Part shown: positions 25,864-40,292 of the stretch, piece by piece
Layout: each line of letters opens with the position of its first letter
Numbering within the stretch: position 1 is the stretch's first letter
NCBI GenBank assembly: GCA_043228905.1
Contig: JBHGNT010000008.1
Location: forward strand, 2,728,001 to 2,792,000
Length of the DNA: 64,000 bases
Direction of reading: 5' to 3'
DNA from: Azolla caroliniana
Taxonomy: Eukaryota > Plantae > Polypodiophyta
The notes under the pieces: generated by a model
What the model was told of the DNA's origin: nothing
What the model saw: the letters and a program-made list of their open reading frames with translations, nothing else
The model's database searches: none
Program-made: the position numbers and the translations under genes

Positions 25864-28332
25864 GTGTGCGTGTGATCTGCACCGTCCAATGTGGATAAAA
25901 AGCTTACAACCGTTGTCACTAGGAGCCCGACTCTCAAAAACTTAAAAGTAATAAAGAATAGGGTAATGGTTAGAGTTGTTTGTAAGATTTGTTAGGTGTA
26001 TGGTTTGAATCTTTTTCTTTTTTGAATTCTTTCTTTTTGGTTTTCTCCTTCTTCGACTTCTTTCTTTTTTAGGGTTTCGACATTTGGTTTAGGGTATGTA
26101 GTCACGTTACACTTCATTTACATTTAAGGGGTCGTAATAGTGGTATTGAATTCAACATCGTAATTACTAAATCCGTTCATGGTGTCGTAATAGTCTAAAA
26201 GGTGTAAAATTGTCATCATCAAACACTTAACCATATGTTGTTGACCGTACCTTTGTGCCCTAGTATATAACTAAACACTTGCAAACTTTTATTGATGCAA
26301 GTGGACTTATGCTTTAGTTGCCAGATTGAACATTTGTTTTTCTATAACTCTTAAGATGCTTCTTTTCATAATTCATTGATGACATTCCAAATAAGATTGT
26401 TCTCCATCTTAAATATCCTCTACTGTGCACTATTCTTGCCTAAGATCAAGTTGAGAACGTGAAAAGATGAAAAGTTGGTGTATTGGAAATTTGTAAAGTG
26501 GCCTATGCATGGATTCAAATTGCTACGATAGTGCAATCAAATTTTCTATCATTGATTCCTTAGCCAAGAATGCATGCGAGAATTTTAGGTGGAATGCCCA
26601 TGAACTATTTTGGCAACATGATACAATCAAATAGGTCTTTTAGAAAGTCAAAAGAGTTATTTATTTAATGCTCGTCTCGTTCAAAATAGCTTGAATACAC
26701 ATATCCATGACTTTGATTGGAAAGTGATTTTCTAGCTCAAACAATATTGGAAGCAAATACTAGCTGATTTGTGGAAATACAAGTCAAAAAATGGTCTCCT
26801 CATGACATGTTCCGTTAGCCAAAGAATCAACAATGTTGTCATCATAGGGCCCCCATGCATCCTTGTGATTTGCTCACTTCTTTTTATAGGTGATAATGAG
26901 CTCACTTCTTTTTACAGCTTTCAAGAGCTCATTTGCCAAATAAAAATAGATGGCAAGCACCATCGCTTCTCTCTACATGGACACTTAGCTTCCACAATTA
27001 TTATTATATCATAGTTTCGCATTTACAAGTTACGACAAGATGAATTCTCATCTTTTGCAATTGTAGATCTTTTACCCTATGATCCTTCTAATTCGCATCA
27101 AGCCCTTAACACTTTTGTTCAAGTAAAGTTAGCTCCTCATGACATGTTCCGTTAGCCAAAGAATCGACAACCACCACTTCTCCCTAGATGGTCACTTAGC
27201 TTCCACAATTATTATATCATGGTTTCGCATTTACAAGTTACAACATGATGAATTCTCGTCTTTTGCAATTGTAGATCTTTTACCCTATGATCCTTCTAAT
27301 CTGTATCGAGCCCTTAACACTTTTGTTAATTAATGTTTGATTGTCACTTTAATATGCAACTCACTTATGTTCCAAGTAAAGTTACTCTCATAATTTGGGC
27401 TTTTTCTTGATTCTTTGACTTTATACGATGGAATACTCTACATGTGGATCATGAGCCAACACAAGAAGAAATGACACATTCACATTTTCAAACTCACTCA
27501 TCACTCCCTTCAAAACTTACATGTGCTTTTCCAAATATTGAAGTGGAAATGATACTGAAATGTGGGTGCTTCCAAATAGTACCTCCTGAGTCCTAGGACA
27601 ATACTCAATGTTCATAAGTGACAACTTGGGGTTACTTATTACAATACATATTAAAATACAATAAATAAAAACTAAATTACACTATATTATACTTGTTCTT
27701 TAAGTAAGCATTATTGCCTTGCCATACCCATCAATCATGTTCCCACCTTTGTGAAGCATCAATAACGTTGTGAGGCTCAAGTTACCAATAGGATTAACTT
27801 CTATATGTGTATTGTTCACACCTTAAACTATTGAGATCATCATCTCTCCACATTGTCCAACTTGCAAATGATTATATGATCCTTGCTTGCAATACTTGGT
27901 GTTTTCAATTCCTTGCTAGAAATTTCCCAAAAATTTGCATTTACGAAGGTTCCATTTGAGCCTATATGAAGTGAATAATCAAAGAATGTTGTTGTTGAAA
28001 AACCAAGAAGATCATTTTTTACTACAAATTGAATATTGCATCCTTAGAATCATACACCTATTCAAAAGATATACAATGTATGTATGTATATACCTCCACG
28101 ATTGTGATACATGGAAGAAACACATTTTAACCTAGAAAGCAAGAGAGCAACTTTTCATGGAGAAATGCAGAAATAAAGAGGAGGAATCAGAATGCATGCC
28201 AAAGCTGAAAGGAAAAAGAAAGAAAACAAAGGAAAGATTACGAAGAGAGGGTTGCGATTCCCTCACTTGCCCTCTTTAATATTTGGTAGTTAGACATGTC
28301 GCATACATACACACATACACACGCACTCACAC

Positions 28333-28363
<31 letters not shown>

Positions 28364-31138
28364 CGAGACACGTGTGCACATGAGATGTCCCATGGCCATC
28401 GCAAGCCTTCTTCAACCCCCCTGACTCTGCCCACACTCCAACCCTTCTAGTCTCGATTTTTTCGACCCGTATGTCGGTTCTCACGTGTCACAGCCATCGC
28501 GGCCATCTCAAACACAAGCCCAACGAACAAATAAACAGGGAATTAGGATTGGCCTTGGCCTTGGCTTTGTGGGTAGTCGAAATGGGATGCTTTCCCCGCA
28601 CCACAACACTCCATGCTTGGTTGATCAAAGAACAAACTTCGCTTCTCAACTAAATACTCCTGACATCTCAACGTCCATTTTCGGGCCGCAAAACAAGAGC
28701 AATGAATGTTGACAAGACATGGCACGTAGCCAACACCTCCTAGCAACACAACATGATGCCTCGAAAACCTTTTTGCATCAATGCATGTCTATATGTTGGA
28801 CTTGAAACCCGTGCATGATCGACACCAATGTAACTTTTTCCTCCAATCATCTCATCTCTTATGAAGTTTAGCTTTACCTCTTCTTCTTATTTTATTCGAA
28901 GGTGTATGTCTAAGAACTTGCTTGACACCCATGAACAAATCGTTGGTTGATAGCTCCTAAGCTCAAGGGAGCTTGTAATTGCTCTACGGCTAGGAGGTGA
29001 GTCAAATGTACTCGATTACCATGTAGATGTAGCACAAATCACATGCAACACAAGAGGGGTTTATAGCTTACAATCCCACACACAAATCCATGACCACAAG
29101 AAAAGTGGGTGATTGGACTAACAAAATCACAACCCATCAAGGAAGGAAATTGTATGCACTAGGATAGTGAACCTTGTTAAGAGCAATGAAGGTTAAGATG
29201 GTATGGACGATACATGCTTTTGACAACATGTAATGTTTTGTGACAAAGATTGAGATATATGTGCATCATAATGAGGATGCCATCTGTTGAAACATAAATT
29301 GAGTGTTTATTGGTTCAAATACTTTAAATGTGAAAGCCTTGTATATTGTTTAAAAATATGAGATTGATTGTAGTTCCTTAGAGACATTAGGTTGGAAGAT
29401 TTGTGCGAAGGTTTCACAATGACTTCAACGTGGAGGGACGATATGCTCAAATGCTTGTGCGGACATGCCCATGCTTTTAATTGGACAAATACCATGTTCT
29501 AGTGTGAAGGATTGCATTTGAATTGTTGGACCTTGTGACACACTGAGTTTAGGATTTGAAATGTCCATTGTGTTTGTCATGATTAAGAGACATGTGTGAG
29601 ATGAGCTTTGAATTGATCAAGGTGGTTGACACTCTTGTAAGATTTGAATCATAGGTAGATTTTGGTTTTTGTGAGGCAAAACATCCAATCTCTTGCAATG
29701 CTAGAAGATGGCTCAAAATTGAAGCATGGGAATGACAAGGAAACTACGTTTTACATCTAGCACGATGAATATTAAGGGATGACACGACTTGGAAAGGGGG
29801 GTAAGAGCAAATAAATACAAGACTAGAGGTATATGTCGAGGTTTTGAAAAGGGGAGAGCAAAGAGTGGAGCAAACTCTCTACTTTAGGACTAACAATTGA
29901 ATGATATTTACCTTCCATATATCTAGTTACAAAACAAAATAAACTGGTTTCACATTGAATGACTAATTTAGTAAATATATCATGTGCTGAAGCATAACAT
30001 GAAACCATCACTTCAATATCTCACAAAAGAAACTAGGCTACAATCTCACACATCTCTATCATTCGAATTGACAAATCATATTGTTTATGTCCTAAGATGC
30101 CACATTGCTTTTTTATGTGTAATAATTGACTAGAACATCAAGCACCTATTCCTTAGATGGTTAACTCCAAAAGCCACATCTCATAACTTTCACAAACTAA
30201 TTTATACTCCAAGAATTGAAGTTGATTCAAGTAACTTCATCAACTAATGACGACACAAATTTGCAAGCACATAACTTTCACAAACTAATTTATACTTTGG
30301 ATCAAGGGACATAGATACCGAAGTACCTAAACAAATAACTGCATAAGTTTTTTGGTTTGTGATTAAACATAATTGAAACATCATTCTAGTATGCTCCACG
30401 TCTCTTCAACTAAAGCAGGTACGAACACTAATGAATTGCGCAATAACACAAACGATGAGGTAGGGATAATGTTTCTCAAATAAAATCTTTGGTGAGGGTC
30501 ACATGCCAATATGTATACTACATCATCCTTGACAGATACAATCTATGGAAACAAATAGGTCCGATTCACACATATGACTGCTGACTATTCAAATAAACCC
30601 TTCTTAGTAAAACTTACGAAAGATTGGAAACTAGCCTTCCTTCAATCTAGATACCACGATAAACAATCTTAAAATGAAAATAGATAAATAGGTATGTTAC
30701 TCTTGACATATATCATTGATTATATAAAATCAGATATGTGAATTCTGAATGCCTAGAAAACTTAGTAATGATTTAAAATTGGTTATGCTAAATGTGAATG
30801 CTTAGAAAATGTATAGCCACAAATATAAAGCAAAAAACAGATTTGCTTCAGAAAATATGACTAAGCTAAGCCATAACACCAGGAAATAACAAAATTTGTC
30901 ATCAGAAGAAAATTATAATCCTCATAAATTGCACATAAATTAAAACCAAAATGACAAAAGAATATGTCTTGTCTATGATAGTATAATATACAACAGTAGA
31001 GTCCCTTTGTCCAACAATCCCATAGAATGTAACTATGGACCGAGACTCCCAAGGCTATGTTTTTTTCTTCAGATAAACAGTAAAATCTGAGCACTTACAT
31101 TATTCGTGTCATTTCAAATTTACTATGTGTGGCATTTC

Positions 31139-34100
31139 CTAGGCAACCGGTGGCCTCAAAATATGATCATTTGAAATATCTACAATGCTTGATGGAATCC
31201 ATTGAGTCATAGTTGATGAAAAGGGGGACTCCTGAAATGGAGATTTAGATGGTAGATGAGATTGGGTTGAAGAAGGAATCATTGTTGGAAGAGGGTTTAA
31301 AGAGGCATGCGATGTTGGATGTATCGAATGTAAATGTGAAACATAGCTAGGAAGGACATTCATGGTCTTTAAATGGTTTTCTAATCTTTCTTTTTCCAAT
31401 TTTAGGCTGCCTTTTTCATCTCGAAGCTCATTCTTCTCAGCCTAACAAAATCCAAAAGGAAATCACAAAGCTAATAACAGAAAAAAATACCAATTACCTA
31501 TCATTCGACACTACATAAATGATAGCCACTTCTACAAATACCACATTTGGCCTAAAAAGGATAAACACCACCACCATACTCTCTGCAGGAAGGATACTTT
31601 TAAATCCCCCACAAAGTTCTGCACGTTCATATTTTTAGAATACTTATCTTCAACCTGTCTCGCTACTTATTTGTATATATGGACACATGAGGACAGGGAT
31701 TTTATCAAATATATCAACGCTATGTCATTGCTAAGGTGAACTGAAGATTATGCAAAACATAGAGAAGTAATCTCAGAGCAAAAAACTCTCTATACCTTAT
31801 ATTTGCAATCCTACCCTTCAGACAGTTCAGGTCATCTATTATTAGGGTCAAATTTTAATTGAGTAAATGAACTAATCAGGTTGACTTCTGCCTCCATGGA
31901 CACATTCTTCTAGGATGAAAGTTCTGATATTTTTATATACTGTCAACGCACAAGCTAAGCTAAAACATTTCTTTAAATAAAATTGGACAGGACGACAAAC
32001 TAAACCTTTAACTCCTTAATCGTCTCTTGAAGTCGGTTATTTGCATCTTTTAGCTGTTGCATCTCCACCCGCATCTGGCCTAAGATTCTAGTTGCATCTC
32101 GAAGAATTGAACCTTTATCTGTCTTTGGTGTTTTACAAGGCTCCAGAAGTGCACTTAACTCCATAAACCTGAGACATAAGCCAATCAACCTTCATAGTGT
32201 CCATAAATTATACAAGCTTGCAAGCATAACTCATGTAAGAACCCTGGAAATAACATGATTATTTTCTTCGTATTTATTGTTATCACACCATTAGCACATT
32301 TTAAAAATAATTCGGCAATACCAAACTTTCAGTTAGGTTAAGAACTTTCTCTATATAGCACATTTTCAATTACACTTGGGGATTTGCTTAGTTATACCAA
32401 ACTTTCGATTAGACATGCATTGAATAATTTAATCAAAGGCACTGATGTTGTGCTTATCTTACATCACGCCAAAAAGCAAACAAGCTTACATCGCTACACC
32501 TATGGAAATCACAAGATGGAAAAACTCTTGAATATTAAGTTGGAATTTTTAGGTCATAGCTCTTTGTAAAATCAAACATAGTGGCCAAACTTGTAAGAGC
32601 CTTGACAAAGCTAGGGCACATAGAATGCTTACAATTTGCAGGGTACAAACCATGCTTGAAAAAAGAGCAAGATAACCGTAACTCATATATGAAAGGCCAG
32701 AAATCTTGCAATGTCACTAATCCCCAGAAACTTGGGAAAAACTTCGTTACAAAGATCTTGACTCAATGATTGTTCTTAATATTCATAGAAAATGAGCTTG
32801 ATATGATCTGCAGTCCTACTTTATTGTTTGTACATAGGATTTCTAGTGTGAGAGCTCTGTCCAAAATAGATCTACTTTCACTTGGTATAAGATTTGATAG
32901 AACTGATGGAAAACACATACATATCCTCATGAATACCTGTCATTTAAACGATCTCTTCGCACTTTTTCGCGACAAGCTTTGTTACCAACTCTATTTGCAG
33001 AACCAGCTCGAGATCTACATCATGCAGGTGGAAATTTAGCAAATTAGTATTAGAAAAAATAGAAGAATTTTGCTCTTGCAAACTTGTAACGAACCTTTTT
33101 CTTGAATAATCTTTCTCTTGATCACTCTCGCTGGGATATAAAAGAAGGAGAATGAGAATCTATATAACTAATATTATTACACCAGTTTCAAAACAATCTA
33201 AGTATATCATCAAACCTTATCCTTGAACAAGACTTTTCTGGACATAATGAATCTCCCTGAGAAGTTTCATGCTCCAAACTACAAAACACAGGGCAAATTA
33301 GATATTAATAATTGAATAATAAATAAATGAATGAATTAGAGTACTCTGCGAACCATGTGTACGAATTCATATAGATATAAAGGAATATTAATGTGGAATT
33401 GTAGTACCATGTCAAAATTCAAATTTCATTGAATCATTATAAACAAATAACATGATTCAGGGAAAGACTGTTATTGATGAGCATCAATCACCTGACACCT
33501 TTGAATCATAAAACCATGGTTGATACAAAGATAAATGAAATAGAAAGACTGGAGTGTTCCCAATGAGTTAACGCTTCTTTGGGTAAGTAATGTGTTTCTG
33601 GCTACTGTACGCAGGATAACCCAAGAAAGTCCGTGCAATTTTCAAAGAGTGAAATCCTTCTATTCCATGTGGGTTCTACTTTTCTTTGGCTTGATAAACA
33701 TTAATGTCTCTAACTTCAACTTTCTAAACTTTGCTGAATTGACCTATCCTATCAGCAACAGTCGTTTCAGACCATTGCAAAGCTGAAGGTTTCTGCTTAA
33801 AAACCTAATTTGCATGCTCGATGTGTGCAGACTCCACTATCTTCTCTATTTTGTTCATTTTACCTTGGTTTCTCCGATATCACATTCACTTACTTTGTCT
33901 TCAGTATCGATGGAAAAATATAGAAATATGGGTAGGTAATAAAACACTAGACACAAGCCCGTCTACAACGTTTAATCTTTCTTACATTTCTTCTAATCTT
34001 TTTTTTCCCCACACCCACCACTGTATTCTTCATATTTTATGACTTCAAAGGTAAAATAAAAGAGGTAAGGTTGAGGAAATTAAACTACAGGCAGAAGCCT

Positions 34101-34892
34101 AATGATTCTTCTACTGCTCCTCCAAATCCTCGCGCTAAATTCTCTCCCCCATATTTTTCTTCTTCTATAATTTTGAAGGAAAATTAGATGCGATAGCTTT
34201 AGGAAACCAAGCTCTAGTACTACGCATGTCTGCAAAGCTTAAGCTTTTCTATTTTCCTCCTCACCTTCCTCTTTAAAATATCCTCCCATCTTCTTTTTCT
34301 GTGATTTCAACAGAATAACAGATGAGACATGGTCAAGGAAACCATTCTCTATAGGATCAGCATAGCTTCTCCGAAAAATTAAATGCAATGGAATAGCAGA
34401 TGATCCATGGTTAATGGATCCACGCTCTACATGCTCTGAAAATCTTATTCTTCCGTCTGCTCTCTTTATTCCTCCTAACCTTTCGGTTCAAATGTCCCCT
34501 CCTCCTTCAGGATCTCAAACGAAAAACAGCCGAGATCATTTTAAGGAAGCAAAAGCTTAATCTTTTTACGTTTTGTTTGTCCGTCCTTCCTAATCTTGCC
34601 GTTCGATCCTCTTCCACCATATGTTTCATTTGGCTCTCTCCTAATTTGTCCATTTCACCAGCTCAAATCTCTCTTCCATCTGCATCTTCTAGGATCTCAA
34701 AGGAGAAACAGATTAAGAATACGATACGCAAGGTGCAGGGAAAGGAAAACGAAGAGATTACCTGAGAGGGGAATGATGCAGACTCTCTTCATTAGATACA
34801 GAAGTGGCCCAAAGCAGGTGATGGCTGCTTTCATCAACGAGATCTAAATCAAAGAGCCAAGAATTCGTTGGAAGAGAGCAGGAAGACGCCAT
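31139..34892 (-). CDS. ILR3: bHLH subgroup IVc transcription factor (ILR3/bHLH105/115-like iron-homeostasis regulator), ~257 aa, 6 exons
   Basis: Exons 34762-34892, 33216-33278, 33095-33130, 32937-33014, 32006-32168, 31139-31441 (774 nt). Motifs: NSWLFD, KACREKVRRDRLNDRFMELSALLEP, KTDKGSILRDA, leucine zipper ELKAEKNELRDEK, and the C-terminal DHILRPPVA*. The symbol is family-level; exact orthology is unresolved. Confidence 0.93.
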
Positions 34893-34984
34893 TGAAAAGA
34901 TCTAAACCACGTATTGACAGAAGGAAGAGGAGGAGGGAAAGCGGAGGATAGGATGAAGAGAAGGAAAGAGGAAGAATCGGAAAA

Positions 34985-35222
34985 ATCAACAGTTTCGGGA
35001 TGAAGGAAGGAACTGCATAAAATTAACAGTTTCAGGATGAAGGAAGGAACTGCATAAAATCCACAGTTTCAGGATGAAGGAAGGAGCTGCATAAAATCCA
35101 TGGAAACACAAACATGTCGGAAAAATCCACAGTTTCAGGAGGAAGGAAGGAACTGCATAAAATTAAATGTTTCAGGATGAAGGAAGGAGCTGCATAAAAT
35201 CCATGGAAACACAAATATGTCG
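34985..35222. repeat. ~31-bp minisatellite upstream of the bHLH ATG
   Basis: acagtttcaggatgaaggaaggaactgcataaaat occurs about 5 times, with a higher-order duplication. Confidence 0.85.
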
Positions 35223-35509
35223 GAATGATGGTCAGGAGATGTGCAGATCCATAATAGTAATAATCTTAATCTTCTGAGTCTGCGTCTGAGTCTGAGTCTG
35301 AGTCTGAGTCTTCATCGCCATCATCGATAAGAATGGCATCGAAGCTGTGAATATGAAGCTTCAGCGCGAAGATGGAGGTGCGGCGTGAAGAAAGGATCGT
35401 GGGGGCAGATTCCATATCTAGGGTTAGGGTTTGACACAGAATATACAGACACAGACAGAGAGAGAAGAGAGAGATGAGAGAGAGATGAAGTCAATTTCCT
35501 GCTCTTTGT

Positions 35510-35995
35510 CGTTTTCTGTAAATTCACTTAACCCTAATTAATTTCTTATTAGTTTATGTATTAATTTTATTTATTTATTTTGAAATTCTTTTTTTATTCC
35601 ATTTTTTCTGTAAATTCACTTAACTCTAATTAATTTCTTATTAGTTTATGTTTTTATTTTATTTTATTTTTTTGAAATTCTTTTTTTATTCCATTTCTTC
35701 TGTGAATTCACTTAACCCTAATTAATTTCTTATTAGTTTATTAAATTTGTTTGTTTTTATTTAAATTTTGAGATTTATTTTTTTACTCCATTTTTTCTGT
35801 AAATTTCACTTAACCCTAATTAATTTCTTATTAGTTTATTAATTTTGTTTTTTGTTTTTTTTTGTTTTAATTTTGAGATTCTTTTTTTTATTCCATTTTT
35901 TCTGTAAATTTCACTTAACCCTAATTAATTTCTTATTAGTTAATTAAATTTGTTTTTTGTTTTAATTTTGAGATTCTTTTTTTATTCCATTTTGT
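35510..35995. repeat. AT-rich ~90-120-bp tandem repeat (5 copies)
   Basis: ctgtaaattcacttaaccctaattaatttcttattagtt recurs at ~35516, 35608, 35700, 35797 and 35902. Confidence 0.85.
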
Positions 35996-38900
35996 CTTTC
36001 TTTCTTCTTCTTGCTGTCGTAATGTTTTCTTTTTTCTTTTTTCTTGTTTTTCCTTTTTTTAATCTTTTCTTTTTTTTCTGTTCATTTTTTGCTTCTTTTT
36101 TGCTTTCCGCTTTTCTGCTTTTTGTTTTTATTTATTAAATTCTTATTAGTTTATTAAATTCTTGTTTCTTTGTTTTCATTTTGAATTCTTTTTTTCTTTC
36201 TTCTTCTTGTTTTCTTTTTTAATCTTTTCTTTTTTTCTGTTAACTTTTTTGCTTCTTTTTTAAGTTTTTCGAAATTTACAGGCATTCTTTTTTTGCTTTT
36301 TACCTTTTGCTTTCCGCTTTTCTGCTTTTTGCTTTTCGTTTTCTCACTTTTGCTGTTTTCTTTTTTTTCTTTTTTCTTTCTTTTGTTTTTCCGTTCTTGT
36401 TTTTAGCGCAAAGAAACTGAACCAAGTCATTTTATATCAAACAAAAACGAAACCAAACTGTTTATGAACTTTCAAACCATTTAAACCAAACCATTTAAGC
36501 AAAGATAAACTATACCGAGGGAAAAGTTGAAACTTGAAACCAAACAAACTATTTCAATTTAATAAAAATATTTAACCTCCTACCATTAAAGGTCAAACTA
36601 ATTAAAAAACTACTAAATAAAAAGACATTAAATTAAATAAGCACTTCAGTTAAATTTATTAATTAATAAAAAACCACTAGTTAAACCATTAAGAGAAAAA
36701 AAAAGGTTAATGAAAAACCAATAAACCAATTAACCCAGAGTTATAAAACCAAATCAAACCATTTATTAATAATCCAAAGCAAAGAAAATAATAATAATAA
36801 TTGGAAATGATAAACTGTTAAACCATAGCGTAATGGCTCGGTTCGGTTCGATTTGAGCCGAAACCAAGCCCATGGCTACTTGTTTTGGGCTTATTCATCT
36901 TTTGTTTTTGTTTTCTTTTTTCTTTTTTCGCTTTTTGCTTTTCCTTCTTTTTTTGGCTTTTCCTTTCTTCTTCGTCTTCTTTTTTGCACTCCAACATTTG
37001 GTGTGAATGCTTCCTCTTAGCATTAGCATATGCCATGCACATATTCTTATGTAGATCTACCTAATCTAATTGTTTTTGAAAGCCAAACAAAATACTTAAG
37101 TTGCCTTGAAAAGTCAGGGGCGGAGAACAACAATTTATCGGGACGTCTTAATTATCAAGCCCGCATGATATTTCAATGCAGATTATTCCCTCCGGCTGAT
37201 TTCTATAGGTTGATTCCTCGCAAACTCCGCAAATAATAGCCAATGCATTCATTATTACACTACATGGTGCTTTTGCCACGCAATATGTTCTGTTTATGGT
37301 TATAATGCTAATATCATTTAAACTTGTTGCGTTTTTCAATGCCTCGCTTAGATTCCTTCTGATCTCAACACTTTTTTTTTGTCTCCATTCTCCATGCACC
37401 TTTCGTTTGGTTTCCAATCCGATGGTATCTTTGGCACCTTGCCTTGCCCCACCCCACCCAATGCTTGTCTTATTCGGAGTATTGATCCAAATTGTCATCT
37501 AAACTTTTAAGGTTGCGGATCTATCGCACAAAACATTGACCCGAGCGATACCCCATGGTGAGGAGGCTATAGGCTTGTGGATTGCTCACAATCCGTAACC
37601 ATGTGTCAAATTCCGATCATCTCCACAAGCAGTTGACCCTACTGCTACTCCAATGGGATGGCAATATATTATAAATTGTTCCCGCATGTTCTATTGTAAC
37701 ACAACCACCCTTTAAGAAATATATTAGAAGTTGACTTATAATTACGATACAGAAAAGAGATTCAGTCGTACTTGGAAGCACTTTCTACTCTATAGCTAGA
37801 AGTGATTAGTAATTGCAGATGAAAGTCCGTTATTTTTGTTGATCCTTTGCATTTCACCGACGTAAATGTTGAGCAAATCTTTAAGAGAAAAAGTATTCCT
37901 TCATTAACTTACTTGAACATTGGACAATTTAAGGGAACAAAATCATGTACTTGTTTTATAATGTATAAATTTGAGATAATTTTGAATAATTTTTTATTAT
38001 TCTACGCATAGAAAAGGGATTTTGGATGGTTTTTATTAAAATTTTCCCCGATACTTAGCTCAAAACGATTATCAAAATCATTGGGAACAATAAGAATAAG
38101 ACAACGAGAAATGGAGAATCATCAAGCACAATAAGAAGAAGACAAATACAAATGGATTATGGTAATGTTATTAGGGATATATTGCATTTATGTAAACTAT
38201 GTGCACATGCAAAGTAGTGGAAGTTTTGCTTATTCTTAAAATGTTAACACATTCATGTGACAACAAGAGCAATACATAAATTTTCTATTGACCAATGGAG
38301 ATTATACAAAAGTCAAAGTTTAAATAATTCAAAAAAGAGAAAGCGAGGGGCATCTAAAATCATTGTCGACAAAAGGATATTAAACTAAAATACATGACTA
38401 ACATTGCATTTTGGAGGAGGTCCATTGTAGGCTTCCTAATAATGTGCGGTAGTCTAGGATTTAATAAATATTACGAAGTTTCCATCATGTCATGTATAAC
38501 CTCAGAATCTTTGATTTCGTGGCATGAAGAGAACCTCCGGATATTGATTAGATCCCCTCACATGGACCCCATAGTGCAATCGTGTATTGCCACCATTAAG
38601 GAGTTCTTTTACAACAACACTAGTTAATCATATGGACAACCAAGACACCTAAATCAATCCCTACTTCCATTTACCATCATATACTCCCCAATAATACACT
38701 TCCTCAATTGCATTCACAATTAGGTGTACTAAATTGTTTATCTTCATCAAAGCGTATGTGTGCTTGATAAACGTTATCACTCTTTAGCCATGACATTATG
38801 TTAGGATACCAATGGGATATTTCCTAAACTTTATACTATTTAGGTATGTCATTGCCATTTCAAGTTCTATGATATTGTTTATCTGGCTCTATTGGAGGAA

Positions 38901-40292
38901 TGAGGCTTCAAAACTCTTGTATATTTGGTGGAGGATCACTAGTCATAACATGTACAAGGAGTGACCCTTTAAATATTCATAAGACAGTGACATGGAATGC
39001 GTTTTGATTACGAATATACAAAGTCTAAAGTAATCTAGGCCTTACGACTTGGAATATTTGAAGAAACCATGAATAACATCTAGGGAACTTGGAAGTAAAG
39101 TTAAAGGTTAAGGGTGATCCTCTTGTCTCGGCAGATAAGATTCACTAACAATAATGTTTCAAGAACAATTTGTATGAATCGAAATCATGTTTTTTAGTGA
39201 CATGTTTACTAATCAAAATGTTGATGAGCATAATGTTACATGACAAAGAAAAAATCACTAAAATATTGTTTTATGTATAAGAAATTAAAAAGTATGCTTA
39301 CTTAATGTTTAATACATAGATAGGCTCCATCCAAGTCGAGCGTCCTAATTATGAGAGTAAATTGACGTGGATGATTATTGGGAATGTTAATTGTGCAGGA
39401 TGAACAAACCCTAAATGTAATCATTAGACCAAGTGTATCCTTAGCCAAATATGCAAGTGTGGAAATAAAGTAAAGAAAGGATGGAGATGTGTGATGATCA
39501 ACCGAGGACATACTAAAAAGGCTAAGTCACAATTTGCAAAAACAAGCTCGATGCATCAGATGTAAGGTACTAAAAACAAATAAGAGAAAATCTTGTCATT
39601 TGGCTAGGTGCCTAACATTATGAAACAATTTAAAAGACGGGGGTAAAATATCTATTAGAGCTCTCTAATGATGTTATGATGTATATTTGGGGCACCAAAG
39701 ATAAAGTGACATCATGCAAAAATGTCAAATTTGGAATATTACATTGCAAACATTGACCCTAATATAGGCCCTAATACACAACCCCATGAGCCTTGTGTCT
39801 TAGAGCCTTAACTCTTCTTTGAACTCGCTCACACGTGACACAAGTTAGGTAGATGAACGTGACATTAACCCTAATATAAGCTCATTAGATAAACATGAGA
39901 ATTTAAGTGTCATCCTCAAGTCGTGGATTTTCGTACAAGAGAATTTAGTACATGATTTTTGTGGCCATTGGCGAGATGCCAAGATGGTCAACTCATTAAG
40001 ATGTTGATGTGGACTAGATGAAGAAGATTTTAGGTTTCTCATTATGATGTGTGTTGATGGTGTGGCGATAGGGATTGAAGCATAGTAATATGATGAGAGG
40101 ATGAGTGACGACGGTGTGGGAGCCGAAGCAGATCATGAGGGAGGAGGAAATAGTCTAGATTTATTTCGTTTTTAGTTGTACAATATCTTGGCGTAATTGG
40201 CGAGATGATTGATGTGGACTGAATGAATAATTTTTTGTTATAAGGATGAGTGAAGAAGGTGTAGGGGTTGAAGCATATTTTCTTGAGGGTCA

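Larger units (their letters stand above)
20730..28301. mobile_element. Mutator-like element (MULE-1), non-autonomous, carrying a nested LTR element
   Basis: ~50-bp TIRs: gctcgtgtctaactactaccaaatattcaagagggcaagtgagggaattgc versus gcgattccctcacttgccctctttaatatttggtagttagacatgtcg. Perfect 9-bp TSD CATACATAC at 20721-20729 and 28302-28310. No intact transposase seen. Confidence 0.85.

Noticed and set aside
26200-28100. MuDRA transposase within MULE-1
   Set aside because: No open frame or convincing DDE/SWIM motif by eye. It contains an internal ~190-bp duplication; BLASTX would be needed to test it.
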